DNA of 50,837 bases, from sequence record SRR2962707_2752; one strand, given 5' to 3'. Position numbers and translations under genes: made by a program. Position 1 is the first letter of the stretch, and each line of letters starts with the position of its first letter. Of the stretch, positions 36,689 to 46,881 are shown piece after piece. The notes below the pieces were generated by a model. It searched no databases, was not told the DNA's origin, and saw nothing but the letters and a program-made list of their open reading frames with translations.

Positions 36689-37270
36689 ATGTCGAATAAA
36701 AAACTGTTGCTGCTGGCCGGCGATTTCACCGAAGACTACGAGACCATGGTGCCGTTCCAGGCACTGACCATGCTGGGCTACGAAGTACACGCGGTTTGCC
36801 CGGAAAAGAAATCCGGCGACAGCGTGAAAACCGCCATCCATGATTTCGAAGGTGACCAGACTTACACCGAAAAGCCGGGTCATAACTTCGCGCTCAATTA
36901 CGATTTCGATAAGGTTCAGGTTGATGACTATGCTGGGCTGGTGATTCCCGGTGGTCGGGGCCCGGAGTACCTGCGCCTGAATGAGCGGGTGATTGAGATC
37001 GTGCAGGCGTTCAACAACGCGGGCAAACCCATTGCGTCGGTTTGTCATGGCGCCCAGATCCTGGCCGCCGCCGGAGTGCTGGAGGGGCGCGAGTGCAGTG
37101 CCTATCCTGCCTGTGGGCCCGATGTGAAAATGGCGGGTGGTCGTTACATGGACATTCCGGTCGATCAGGCTCACGTTCAGGGCAACCTGGTGACGGCTCC
37201 GGCCTGGCCTGCTCATCCGGCATGGCTGTCAGCGTTTGCTAAACTGCTTGGTGCTCAGATCTCGATCTAG
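36689..37270 (+). CDS. DJ-1/PfpI family protein
   Basis: [22 protein letters not shown] nucleophile. Confidence 0.92.
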   Translation: MSNKKLLLLAGDFTEDYETMVPFQALTMLGYEVHAVCPEKKSGDSVKTAIHDFEGDQTYTEKPGHNFALNYDFDKVQVDDYAGLVIPGGRGPEYLRLNERVIEIVQAFNNAGKPIASVCHGAQILAAAGVLEGRECSAYPACGPDVKMAGGRYMDIPVDQAHVQGNLVTAPAWPAHPAWLSAFAKLLGAQISI

Positions 37271-37278
37271 TCTTAACC

Positions 37279-37303
37279 CGGCAGCCTCCGCTGGAGGCTG
37301 CCG
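37279..37303 (+). terminator. Intergenic stem-loop
   Basis: CGGCAGCCTCC-GCT-GGAGGCTGCCG with short T-run. Confidence 0.5.
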
Positions 37304-37324
37304 TTATCACAGGAGACCGACTCC

Positions 37325-37657
37325 ATGTGTGAACTCTATGTGAAAGCCGACCCGATCCTGTTTGAAAGTCGGTCCCGTTCTCTCCGTATCCGGGGGGTGG
37401 TCACAACGCTTCGGCTTGAGAACCAGTTCTGGGATATTCTCCGGGAGATTGCCGAAGTGGACGGCATGACCACCAATCAGCTCATCACCAAACTCCACGA
37501 AGAGGTGATGGAACTGAGAGGTGAAGTAGAGAACTTCGCCTCCTTTCTCCGTGTAAGCTGCACACGCTATCTGGCGCAGCGCGAAGCCCGTCCCGTTCCC
37601 CTGATAACGGCTCATTCATCCGGTAAGGCTCAGTCCCGGGTCGCGTCGGTCCCTTGA
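37325..37657 (+). CDS. Ribbon-helix-helix (RHH_4) DNA-binding protein
   Basis: SRSLRIRGVVTTLRLENQFW...NFASFLRVSC; commonly paired with PfpI. Confidence 0.88.
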   Translation: MCELYVKADPILFESRSRSLRIRGVVTTLRLENQFWDILREIAEVDGMTTNQLITKLHEEVMELRGEVENFASFLRVSCTRYLAQREARPVPLITAHSSGKAQSRVASVP

Positions 37658-37725
37658 ATTATCCGCCGTCCGGGCGCAGTTAGTAGGGTAGGTTCATTTC
37701 ACACAACTGACAGGGGAGGCACCCC

Positions 37726-38364
37726 ATGCATGTATTCATTGCCGGAGCCAACGGGCAGATCGGGCGTTTTCTATTACAGGAAATCGCGGATAGCAAGCAT
37801 GAGGCACGAGCACTGGTTCGCCACGCAGACCAGGGGCCGGAGTTGCAGCAGCTTGGTGCCACGGAAACGGTGATTGGCGACCTGGAGCAGGATTGCAGCG
37901 AAGCCATGCGGGGCTGTGACGCCGTTATCTTTACTGCCGGGTCCGGCCCCCATACTGGTCCGGACAAGACAGTAGATGTGGATCAGGATGGCGCGATTCG
38001 CCTCGTGGATACCGCCAGGGCCATGGGCATCAAACGTTTCATCATGGTCAGCAGTATGCGAGCTGAAGAGCCCGAAAAAGGCCCTGAAAAGCTTCAGCAT
38101 TACCTGCGTGCCAAGCGTAATGCCGATGAACACCTGAAAAGCAGTGGTCTGAATTACACCATTGTGCGCCCTGGCCGACTTACCAATGACGATGGCAACG
38201 GTAAGGTGTCTGTCAGCGAGCGACTGGACGCGTTCGGAGAGATTCCTCGCCAGGACGTTGCCCGGGTTCTGTTGGCTGTGCTGGATTCTGACAATACCGG
38301 CAATTGCGTTTTTGATGTAGTGTCTGGAGATGTGCCGGTGCGTGATGCGCTGGCGAACCTGTAA
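37726..38364 (+). CDS. Atypical SDR / NAD(P)H-binding oxidoreductase
   Basis: GANGQIG, AVIFTAGSG, YLRAK, IVRPG. Confidence 0.9.
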   Translation: MHVFIAGANGQIGRFLLQEIADSKHEARALVRHADQGPELQQLGATETVIGDLEQDCSEAMRGCDAVIFTAGSGPHTGPDKTVDVDQDGAIRLVDTARAMGIKRFIMVSSMRAEEPEKGPEKLQHYLRAKRNADEHLKSSGLNYTIVRPGRLTNDDGNGKVSVSERLDAFGEIPRQDVARVLLAVLDSDNTGNCVFDVVSGDVPVRDALANL

Positions 38365-38400
38365 GCCGCATCCGCCGGCATGATCAACAAGAGAGCCGCA

Positions 38401-38787
38401 ATGAGCGATAACCCGTTAGCCTCGATTCTGGAAATGGATGGCGAAGAACGCTACGACTATTTTCTGGACGCTGTGGTGGAAGAGCGCGAGCTCTGGATAC
38501 TGGTCAATGGCGATAACCAGTTTCTCAAAATTGTCTCGGAGGAAGATGGCGTCGGGTATCTCCCGGTGTGGCCCGCTGAGGACTTTGCAGCAGATTACGC
38601 AGGGCCTTCGGGTGACCTGAGCCCCAAAGCGATTTCATTGCCGGACTTCTTCAAAAAGTGGGTGCCCGGGTTAAGCCGTGACGGGCTTGAGGTGGGTGTT
38701 TTTCCGGGCGCCGACAGTGAGCTCTGGATAACGCTGCCGGAAGAGCTGAAGCAGGACCTTCAGGACGTGTTGTCGGGATCTTTCTGA
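38401..38787 (+). CDS. DUF2750 family protein
   Basis: ERYDYF...ELWIL, LPVWP, KWVPGL. Confidence 0.8.
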   Translation: MSDNPLASILEMDGEERYDYFLDAVVEERELWILVNGDNQFLKIVSEEDGVGYLPVWPAEDFAADYAGPSGDLSPKAISLPDFFKKWVPGLSRDGLEVGVFPGADSELWITLPEELKQDLQDVLSGSF

Positions 38788-38793
38788 TCCCGG

Positions 38794-39618
38794 CTACACC
38801 AGAAAGTTCCCCCTCTCTGATACGGTCAGTTCCACTTCTTCGCTTCGATCCTTCAGGGCGACTCCGGAGGTGCCCAGTTGCCTGGCTTCCTTCAGAAGGT
38901 AGATCACTTTCTCGCTTGCCTGTTCCACGCCCAGTCCGGCAGGACGGATATTGGATACGCAGTTGCGGCGGGCATCTGGCAGCCCCGGCTCGGGATGATG
39001 AGTAAGGTAGACGCCGAGGCTGTCGGGTGAGCTGAGCCCCGGTCGCTCGCCGATCAGTACCACCACTTGTTGTGTCCCGAGCACCTGGCCTATGTGGTCG
39101 CCAATCGCTACGCGCCCCTGTTCTACCAGCAGGGGTGCTGCAACCCGCCACTCAGGGCCGTCATGGGCCAGTTTCCGGAGGAAGCTGCGCATGAACGCCG
39201 GGGCGTTTTGCTGCACGGCTCTGGCTGACAGTCCGTCGGCGATCACTATGGCCAGATCAGGGGGCTCAGCAGAGCCTGTTTTCGACGATTGTAGACGGCT
39301 GCTGGATGATTCGCTCAGAACACGCCCCAGATCCGGCCTTTGCAGGTAGCAGGCCCGGTCTGGTGCCTGGCTCTGAAGTTGAATCGGTGGGCCCAGGGCC
39401 GACATCTCGGGTATCTGCTGGAATTCGACGATCAACTGCTCAATATCCAGTGGATGGTGCACGGCATCCCTGGCGCGGGCATGGGCCAGCTGAAACTCAA
39501 GAAGCTCTGCTGTGGGGAGGCTGACGCCCGCCCTGCCAAGGCCGATGCGGGCTGGGGTGTACTGGCGCAGACCTCGCCAGGGGTTGTGAACGACGGTCGG
39601 GAACTTTGAGTCGGTCAT
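38794..39618 (-). CDS. eutC: Ethanolamine ammonia-lyase small subunit
   Basis: TPARIGLGRAG, YLQRPDLGR, ADGLS, LIGERPGLSSPDSLG, RNCVSNI. Confidence 0.95.
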   Translation of the reverse strand: MTDSKFPTVVHNPWRGLRQYTPARIGLGRAGVSLPTAELLEFQLAHARARDAVHHPLDIEQLIVEFQQIPEMSALGPPIQLQSQAPDRACYLQRPDLGRVLSESSSSRLQSSKTGSAEPPDLAIVIADGLSARAVQQNAPAFMRSFLRKLAHDGPEWRVAAPLLVEQGRVAIGDHIGQVLGTQQVVVLIGERPGLSSPDSLGVYLTHHPEPGLPDARRNCVSNIRPAGLGVEQASEKVIYLLKEARQLGTSGVALKDRSEEVELTVSERGNFLV

Positions 39619-39620
39619 GG

Positions 39621-41024
39621 TTATGCTCTCCTTCGCGGGCCGGAGAGGCTGTGGCGGAAGGCCGCTGGTATGTGGTTATTCAGCGACACCCGATCCGAAG
39701 CCTCGAAAATCTGCATGGCACGCAACCATTGCTCGAACTCCGGTGCCGGTTTCAGGTTGAGCACACGGCGGGCGTAAAGGGCGTCGTGGAATGACGTGGT
39801 CTGGTAATTGAGCATGATGTCATCCGACCCTGGAATGCCCATGATGAATGTGCATCCGGCGACTCCGAGCAGCGTCAGCAGGTTATCCATATCATTCTGG
39901 TCGGCTTCGGCGTGATTGGTGTAGCAGATGTCGCAACCCATCGGCAGCCCGAGCAGCTTTCCGCAGAAATGATCCTCCAGGCCTGCCCGGGTGATCTGCT
40001 TGCCATCGTAGAGATACTCCGGGCCGATAAAGCCGACCACCGTATTCACCAGCAGCGGGTCAAAATGGCGGGCGACCGCGTAGGCCCTGGCCTCGCAGGT
40101 TTGCTGGTCAAGGCCGTGGTGAGCATTGGCGGAGAGGGCGCTACCCTGACCGGTTTCAAAGTACATTACGTTTTGGCCGACGGACCCGCGTTTCAGGCTC
40201 AGAGCGGCTTCCTGGGCCTCTTTCAGGGTGGCGAGGTTGAATCCGAAACTCTGGTTGGTGGCTTCGGTGCCGCCTATAGACTGGAAAACCAGATCTACGG
40301 GCGCTCCCTGCTCGATGGCTTCGAGGGTGTTGGTCACGTGCGTAAGTACGCAAGACTGAGTTGGAATGTCGTAGCGCTGGATTACCTCGTTGACCATGGT
40401 CAGTAGCCGCTTGGTTTGAGCCACGTTATCGGTCGCTGGATTAATGCCGATGACGGCGTCGCCATTGCCATAAAGCAGGCCATCAAGAATGCTGGCGGCG
40501 ATGCCTGCCATGTCATCTGTAGGGTGGTTCGGTTGCAGCCGGGTGGAAAGGCGCCCCGGCAACCCGACGGTGTTTCGGAACGCTGTGGTTATCTGGCATT
40601 TCTGCGCAACCAGGATCAGATCCTGGTTGCGCATGAGCTTGCTGACCGCCGCCACCATTTCAGGCGTCAGACCGGGGCGTAGTCGTGCCAGCATCTCCGG
40701 CGAGGCGTTATCGCTCAGAAGCCAGTTCCGGAAATCGCCGACCGTCAGGTGAGAAACGGGGGCGAAGGCGGCGGCGTCATGAGAGTCCATGATCAGGCGG
40801 GTTACCTCATCCGTTTCATAGGGAATCAGGGCGTCGGTCAGAAATGTCTTGAGTGGCAGGTCGGCCAGACACATTTGTGCCAGTACCCGCTCTTCAGCCG
40901 ACGCTGCGCCAACGCCGGCGAGATGATCGCCTGAGCGCTCTGGCGTTGCCTTTGCCATCAAGGTCCCCAGGTCCCTGAAATCCATGGTCTGAAATCCCAT
41001 ACGGTACGTGTACTGGCCACTCAT
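39621..41024 (-). CDS. eutB: Ethanolamine ammonia-lyase large subunit
   Basis: RLQPNHPTDD, YFETGQGS, GFIGPEY, DICYTNH, MLNYQTTSFHD. Confidence 0.96.
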   Translation of the reverse strand: MSGQYTYRMGFQTMDFRDLGTLMAKATPERSGDHLAGVGAASAEERVLAQMCLADLPLKTFLTDALIPYETDEVTRLIMDSHDAAAFAPVSHLTVGDFRNWLLSDNASPEMLARLRPGLTPEMVAAVSKLMRNQDLILVAQKCQITTAFRNTVGLPGRLSTRLQPNHPTDDMAGIAASILDGLLYGNGDAVIGINPATDNVAQTKRLLTMVNEVIQRYDIPTQSCVLTHVTNTLEAIEQGAPVDLVFQSIGGTEATNQSFGFNLATLKEAQEAALSLKRGSVGQNVMYFETGQGSALSANAHHGLDQQTCEARAYAVARHFDPLLVNTVVGFIGPEYLYDGKQITRAGLEDHFCGKLLGLPMGCDICYTNHAEADQNDMDNLLTLLGVAGCTFIMGIPGSDDIMLNYQTTSFHDALYARRVLNLKPAPEFEQWLRAMQIFEASDRVSLNNHIPAAFRHSLSGPRRRA

Positions 41025-41218
41025 GGTCTTCTCCTTTGGTCCTGGGGTGTCTCTGCCGAACCCACGATCAGATTCCTTTAACTACACTGTAGTTTCTGGA
41101 AGCAAATGCTGTCACAAGGGCGTGAAGCCTTAAGTTTAGATCGGTTGAGCCGTTAGTTGAAAAGTGAAAGTACTGTCAGTCTGGCTGATGGTTTGGGGCG
41201 ACTAGGAGCACTGGACAA

Positions 41219-42535
41219 ATGTTCGGCAAAAAACTGCAACAAGAAAACGAGAACCTCAAGGAAGAGCTGTACATGTTGCAGCAACTCGCTGAAGACGTTG
41301 CGGAGGAGATGATGGCGCTGGAGTTGGACTCCGGTGGCCAGATCAAGTCCGTCAATTCGCGTTTCCAAAGCGAGTTTGGTGCCGGCAGTGATTCGGTGAT
41401 TGGCCGGCACCCCAGAGATCTGGTGCCCGAATACCTCAGATCTACCCAGCATTTCCGGTTGATGACGGAGGCGGTCAGCAAAGGACGTGTATGGGTAGGC
41501 GCCTGGCAGGTGCAGAATGGCGCAGGCACTCATCTTTGGTTCCGGGCCATGGTATGTCCGATCAAACGGCGGGACGGTGAGCTGGACCACATCACGATCT
41601 TCGCCAACAACCTTACCCGGACCATTGAGACCTCTCGTGAGCACGAAAACCTGATTCGGGCGATGCAGCGTTCGACAGCGGTGATCGAGTTTGACCTCCA
41701 TGGCCATGTGCTGAACGCCAACCACCGGTTTCTGGATGCGATGGGCTATCGGCTCGACGAAATCAAGGGAAAACACCACCGCATCTTTTGTCCTCCGGAA
41801 GTATATAACTCCCCAAACTACGAGCAGTTCTGGCAGCGACTGCGTAACGGTGATTTTGTCGCTGAACGCTTCAAGCGGGTTGACAAGGCGGGCCGTGAAG
41901 TCTGGCTTGAAGCTTCCTACAACCCGTTGATGAATGCCCGTGATGAGCTCTACAAGGTTGTGAAATTTGCAACGGTGATCACCGAGCAGGTCCTTCAGGA
42001 ACGGGAGGTCTCCAACGCTGCAGGTGTGGCCTATGACACCTCTAAAGCGACGGATGCCAGCGCCAAGCGTGGCAAGGAAGTCATGGAGAATACGGTCACG
42101 GTGATGCAGCAGCTGGCGGACGAAATGAGTCGGGCGGTTGAACGTATTGGCGAACTTGATCAGCAATCCCAGACCATCAATGCACTGATCCAGAGTATTA
42201 GCGGAATCGCGGAGCAGACCAATCTGCTGGCGCTTAACGCTGCCATTGAGGCGGCCCGGGCGGGTGATCAGGGGCGGGGTTTTGCGGTGGTGGCCGATGA
42301 GGTAAGAAAGCTGGCATCCCGGACGTCGGAAGCGACCGAAGAGATCACCTCGGTTGTCAGCCGTAACCAGGAGCTGACCTCCAGAGCGGTGGATGTGATC
42401 GAATCCGGAAAATCCAGGGCGGAAGAGGTGCGGTCGCTCGTTGGCGAGGCCGGGGATGTGATCAATGAGATTCAGGAAGCCGCCCGTGAGGTTGTTGATG
42501 CTGTCTCTCAATTTGCCAACCGGTTGGGCAACTGA
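41219..42535 (+). CDS. Cytoplasmic PAS-PAS methyl-accepting chemotaxis protein (BdlA-like)
   Basis: Two PAS domains (WLEASYNP), no [22 protein letters not shown]. Confidence 0.92.
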   Translation: MFGKKLQQENENLKEELYMLQQLAEDVAEEMMALELDSGGQIKSVNSRFQSEFGAGSDSVIGRHPRDLVPEYLRSTQHFRLMTEAVSKGRVWVGAWQVQNGAGTHLWFRAMVCPIKRRDGELDHITIFANNLTRTIETSREHENLIRAMQRSTAVIEFDLHGHVLNANHRFLDAMGYRLDEIKGKHHRIFCPPEVYNSPNYEQFWQRLRNGDFVAERFKRVDKAGREVWLEASYNPLMNARDELYKVVKFATVITEQVLQEREVSNAAGVAYDTSKATDASAKRGKEVMENTVTVMQQLADEMSRAVERIGELDQQSQTINALIQSISGIAEQTNLLALNAAIEAARAGDQGRGFAVVADEVRKLASRTSEATEEITSVVSRNQELTSRAVDVIESGKSRAEEVRSLVGEAGDVINEIQEAAREVVDAVSQFANRLGN

Positions 42536-42612
42536 CTCGGCCTAAGGTTCTACTGCCCTGAATTGCGACAGGTGCTAGACTTGGAATCCCTGCAGGTGTA
42601 AGGAAACCCTCA

Positions 42613-44328
42613 ATGGCGCTTGGCCGTTTGCTGCTCGTTGTGTTGATGCTGCCGCTTGTTTCTCTCCCCGCCCTTGCTCTGGAATCGGTTGCGCCGGGAG
42701 AGCAAGGCGTGGCTCTGACAGACTTTTCCATCGAATACTTCATCGATGGATCGCAAACGAAGGACTATGAAACCGTTCGGCTTGAGTCTTTCGACCAGAC
42801 CATGAGCACCACCACCCTCGGTACCCGGGCGGCGGTGACCTGGTATCGGGTTTCATTACACAACCCAGGCCCTGATGACCGTTCGCTGTTTCTGCACCTT
42901 CCCAAGGCTTATCACGTTCGTTCAATCGATATTGTTGAAGAGCGCTCCTCACGCGTCGTCAATCGGCTTTCCGTTAACCTCAATGAGGCTGACTCCCACC
43001 CTGCCATGTATCGGGGAACACTGGTGTATCCGTTCGAACTGCAAGCCGGGAAAACGACGGTTGTGTATGTGCGTAGTCACGCATACTCACACCAGTGGTT
43101 CTCGTTGAAGGTATACGATGACGAGAATTCCCGGCGGGCGCTGGCCGGGGGGCACCTCGATATTGCCCTTATGGTGGGGATGATGCTGGCGCTGGTGTTC
43201 TATAACGGCCTTTTGTATTTCGCCACCAGCAAGAAGGAAAACATTTACTACTCACTCTATCTGATTTCAGGCCTGGTCTGGATCGCTCTGTCTTACGGTT
43301 TGGTGGCGAAGGCGTTCAACGCTTACGGCGACGCAGTGTTTGTCCTGAATCTCTCTTTGATAACCATGCCGATTTTCCTGCTGTTGTTCATGATGGCCAT
43401 TTTCGAAACACATGAGTATTTCCGCACCGAACATCGCGTGCTTCAGGGTATGCTGGCATTGCTGGTGGTGACGTTTGTTTACGGCCTGTTTGATATCGCG
43501 ACGGCCCTGAAGCCTGCCAGCAGTCTTGCCGCCCTGATGATGGTAGTGACCTTCTCCGTGAGCATTTCGCTGTTCAGGAAGGGGCACCCTCTGGTCAAAT
43601 TTTTCCTTGTTGGTCACACCTTTTTTGTGGTGTTCAACGGGTTTGCCGTTCTGTATTACAAAGGTCTGGTTGAACCGAACTACATCAATAGTCATGGAGT
43701 CGGTATTGGTATTGTTCTGGAAGCGCTCACCCTGGCTTTCATTATTTCATACAGGATCAAGGTGTTGGAGGATATCCGGTCAAAGCAGGATGAGCTGAAA
43801 CGCCAGGCCTCGACGGACCCTCTGACACGGCTCTTCAATCGCCGGTATTTCATGGCGGAGGGAGAGTACGTGCTGGAACAGGCCCGGACCTCGGGTGAGC
43901 CGTTGTCGGTTATTGCCATTGATATCGATCATTTCAAAGCGGTCAATGACACCCATGGCCACAATGTGGGCGACCTGGTTCTGGTAGAAGTTGCCTCGGT
44001 ATTTCGTCAGTTCAGCCGGGACAGGGATCTGGTCGCGCGCTTCGGTGGTGAGGAATTCGTCATTCTCCTGCCGGGTGCGGATCTGGCAGAGGCGTTTGGC
44101 TGTGCTGAACGTATCAGGAACGCTGTCGAAGCCATGATCATTGATGGAGGCGATGGGTTGTCGGTTCAAGTCACAGTAAGTGTCGGTTTGGCTGAGGTAA
44201 ACCCCCTTCTGGAATCTGTGGAGGGGGCGGTCAAACGGGCCGACCGTTCACTGTATGAAGCCAAGGCCGGGGGCCGCAACCGGGTTTGTGGCTATGATGG
44301 TCCGGCAGGCAAGGCCCTACCCACCTGA
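42613..44328 (+). CDS. 7TM-DISM diguanylate cyclase
   Basis: Periplasmic beta domain, seven TM segments, DPLTRLFNRR, DIDHFKAVND, RFGGEEF. Confidence 0.92.
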   Translation: MALGRLLLVVLMLPLVSLPALALESVAPGEQGVALTDFSIEYFIDGSQTKDYETVRLESFDQTMSTTTLGTRAAVTWYRVSLHNPGPDDRSLFLHLPKAYHVRSIDIVEERSSRVVNRLSVNLNEADSHPAMYRGTLVYPFELQAGKTTVVYVRSHAYSHQWFSLKVYDDENSRRALAGGHLDIALMVGMMLALVFYNGLLYFATSKKENIYYSLYLISGLVWIALSYGLVAKAFNAYGDAVFVLNLSLITMPIFLLLFMMAIFETHEYFRTEHRVLQGMLALLVVTFVYGLFDIATALKPASSLAALMMVVTFSVSISLFRKGHPLVKFFLVGHTFFVVFNGFAVLYYKGLVEPNYINSHGVGIGIVLEALTLAFIISYRIKVLEDIRSKQDELKRQASTDPLTRLFNRRYFMAEGEYVLEQARTSGEPLSVIAIDIDHFKAVNDTHGHNVGDLVLVEVASVFRQFSRDRDLVARFGGEEFVILLPGADLAEAFGCAERIRNAVEAMIIDGGDGLSVQVTVSVGLAEVNPLLESVEGAVKRADRSLYEAKAGGRNRVCGYDGPAGKALPT

Positions 44329-44477
44329 GGGTGGAGATCCGCCAATGGCGTCCCGCACATTAAGAAGCGCTAATCACGTTGTTTGAACCCTGTGCTAGAG
44401 TTGGAGTGACCGTGGTTGCTTTTGGATACACGCAGCCATAGCCGAAATAGCAGTAATCATACTGATAAGGAGGCAAG

Positions 44478-44807
44478 ATGATGGAAGCGAAATCCGGTCA
44501 ACAAAATGAGTACGAACAGGTCCGTGAGGATCTGCGCCGTCTTCAGGAAGATATGGCCAAGCTGACCAGAAGTGTCGCTGAAGGCCAGAAGAACAACATC
44601 AGTCATCTCCGAGACGAGATACGCCGCGAAAGCCGGGAAGCGTTTGATCAGGTAAAGCGGCGGGGCGATGAAGCCCTTGATCGCGCAAAGGATGTCAGCG
44701 GCAAAGCGGTGGAAAACGTGGAACAAAAAATTGAGGAGCGTCCCTTCCTCAGTATCGTTCTTATGTTTCTGGCCGGGTTGTTGGTGGGTCGCTTGTTGGA
44801 TCGCTGA
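44478..44807 (+). CDS. DUF883 (ElaB/YqjD) family protein
   Basis: Coiled coil then IEERPFLS and a C-terminal TM GLLVGRLL. Confidence 0.85.
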   Translation: MMEAKSGQQNEYEQVREDLRRLQEDMAKLTRSVAEGQKNNISHLRDEIRRESREAFDQVKRRGDEALDRAKDVSGKAVENVEQKIEERPFLSIVLMFLAGLLVGRLLDR

Positions 44808-45298
44808 TGATGCCTGACTCGGCCTGGTTGCAGGGCGCGCTGCGAAAAGCAGTCGCGGCCATCATTGGCTTCATGCTGCTTTTCGTATTGTTGCTGGCCC
44901 TGCTCATTACTGGCATCTATCTCCTCGTCAATGCCGCAACCCTGGCGCTGTCTCCCTGGGTGGGAGAAGCCGGGGCCATGGCATTGACGGGTACATTCTG
45001 TTTTTTACTGCTTTTACTGGTTCTCTACCGTCTTTCCCGGCCCGGCAAGCCCGGATCTTCAGGCGTTGGCAGTTCTTCGGCTGCCGGCTCACCGACTAAT
45101 CTTCTGCTTGATGTGATCCGGAAAAATCCGCTGGAGGCCGCCTCAGTGGCGTTTGCACTGGGTGTGGTTGAACAGGGTGATCCGCGTTTGAAAGCTTTGT
45201 TGCTGCAGGGCGGGATGGTTCTGATGAAAGATGCTCAGTCTTCCCCGGAAAAACCTGCGGAATCAGGTGATGACGAGGTTCAGCCGTCGCCTTCCTGA
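44807..45298 (+). CDS. Membrane protein co-transcribed with DUF883 (YqjE/holin-like)
   Basis: Two N-terminal TM helices; overlaps the upstream stop. Confidence 0.6.
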   Translation: MMPDSAWLQGALRKAVAAIIGFMLLFVLLLALLITGIYLLVNAATLALSPWVGEAGAMALTGTFCFLLLLLVLYRLSRPGKPGSSGVGSSSAAGSPTNLLLDVIRKNPLEAASVAFALGVVEQGDPRLKALLLQGGMVLMKDAQSSPEKPAESGDDEVQPSPS

Positions 45299-45927
45299 CG
45301 AAATGCCTGCGTCAGGGCGTTCAGGTGGGCGCTCAAGGTTGGCTCAAACGCCATCTGAAAGATCGTCAGCGGCTCCTGCTGCATGGCTTTGCGAGCAGCT
45401 TCGGGAGGATGGGTCATGTGCCAGCAGCCAATAAGCGCCTGTTGGCACTGCATCAAGAAATGAAAACACGCCTGGGGGCCCTTTCCGGTTGTCTCCTGGA
45501 TCAAGTTCACCAGTAGTTGAGATTGCTCCAGCAAAAACAACTTGAACTCTCGTGCCTCCTGTTCTGTCAGCCCGGTTTCCAGGGCAACGTGAAGAATTGC
45601 GGTCAGACCGCAGAACAGCGGGTGCGATACCAGTAAGGTGGTCATCCCCTCCGGCAGTCGGACCGGCGCACCGGAGCGGGCATGTTCCGTCAGCTCAATA
45701 AAGGCGCGTTTATAGACAGCAATAAACAGCAGCTCTTTGCTGCGAAAATAGCGGTACAACGCGGCCTTGGTCAGGCCACTTGCACTGGCGACGTCTGCCA
45801 GTGTGAGCTCGTGAAAACGCTTGGTGACGAAGAGTTCTGCGGCGGCATCCAGAATGTGTTGCTCGCGAGCGAATTTCTCCGCGTCACTCCGCGCCCTCTG
45901 TCGACCACCGCAAAGCCTGTGTTTCAT
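45280..45927 (-). CDS. TetR family regulator
   Basis: ILDAAAELF...TLADVA..SGLTKAALYRYFRSKELLF. Confidence 0.9.
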   Translation of the reverse strand: MKHRLCGGRQRARSDAEKFAREQHILDAAAELFVTKRFHELTLADVASASGLTKAALYRYFRSKELLFIAVYKRAFIELTEHARSGAPVRLPEGMTTLLVSHPLFCGLTAILHVALETGLTEQEAREFKLFLLEQSQLLVNLIQETTGKGPQACFHFLMQCQQALIGCWHMTHPPEAARKAMQQEPLTIFQMAFEPTLSAHLNALTQAFRQEGDG

Positions 45928-45934
45928 TATTTCA

Positions 45935-46696
45935 TTACGCCTGTAACCAACCTGCAAGACGCCGCGTGACGAGCCGCGGAGAAAACTTGCCTAACCATAC
46001 CATCAACCGGTTCCGCAGTCCCGAGATCACTATGGCCTGTCCTCGCTTGGTTAAGGCCTCCCTGACGACATCTTCGGCAGACATGGCACCTGATTTAAAC
46101 AGTCGGGTGTTGGTCATGTTGGCTTCAGCCGCGAACTCCGTCGAGGTTGCGCCGGGGCACAGAGCGCTGACAGACACTCCGGAGGCTTTCAGTTCCTCAT
46201 GCAGGGCTTCCGAGAAAGAGAGCACGAAGGCCTTGGTGGCGTAGTAAATCGCCATGCCCGGCCCAGCCTGGAACGCTGCCGTAGAGGCCACGTTGATGAT
46301 AAAGCTGTTGTCGGTTTTTCGCAGGTTGTCGATCAGGTGATGGGTCAGGGCAACCAGTGATGTGACGTTCACCTGAATCATATCCAGTTGGCGTTTTACG
46401 CTGAGTTCGTGGAACTGGCCCCGGTCACCAAATCCGGCGTTGTTGATCAGGCCTCGCAGCTGCCATTGATTGCTTGCCACCGCTTTGATCACCTGATTAA
46501 CACCGTCAGGTGAAGAGAGGTCGGCTGCCAGAGTTTCGACGGATATACCGAATGTCTGCATCAGATCGCTCGCCAGTGCGCTCAGACGCTCCTCGCGCCT
46601 GGCAACGAGAATGAGATTTTCACCTTCTTTGGCTAACTCACGGGCAAAGGTTTCGCCAATGCCGGCGCTGGCGCCGGTGACCAAAACATAGTTCAT
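45935..46696 (-). CDS. Classical SDR oxidoreductase
   Basis: TGASAGIG, LINNAG, YYATK. Confidence 0.93.
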   Translation of the reverse strand: MNYVLVTGASAGIGETFARELAKEGENLILVARREERLSALASDLMQTFGISVETLAADLSSPDGVNQVIKAVASNQWQLRGLINNAGFGDRGQFHELSVKRQLDMIQVNVTSLVALTHHLIDNLRKTDNSFIINVASTAAFQAGPGMAIYYATKAFVLSFSEALHEELKASGVSVSALCPGATSTEFAAEANMTNTRLFKSGAMSAEDVVREALTKRGQAIVISGLRNRLMVWLGKFSPRLVTRRLAGWLQA

Positions 46697-46709
46697 GACA
46701 CTCTCCTGT

Positions 46710-46775
46710 TAAGTGAACAATGGTTATTTAATCTACTTTGCCTTGCGCGGGATGTAAATAACCGCTGGTAACTTA
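46710..46775. promoter_or_regulatory. Pair of related 21-bp imperfect palindromes (candidate TetR operators)
   Basis: TAAGTGAACAATGGTTATTTA (46710-46730) and TAAATAACCGCTGGTAACTTA (46755-46775). Confidence 0.5.
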
Positions 46776-46881
46776 ATGGCGTTCATCTGTCGTGTCTTTA
46801 ATGCGTCGGGGGTGTGCATTCGCAGCATAAGCGGCCACAATCAGTTTCCTTGATCATGAGTTACGCCAGGGAGATTAGCGA

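Noticed and set aside
41025-41218. Cobalamin riboswitch or sigma-54 promoter upstream of eutB
   Set aside because: No B12-box consensus, and the GG of the -24 element is missing
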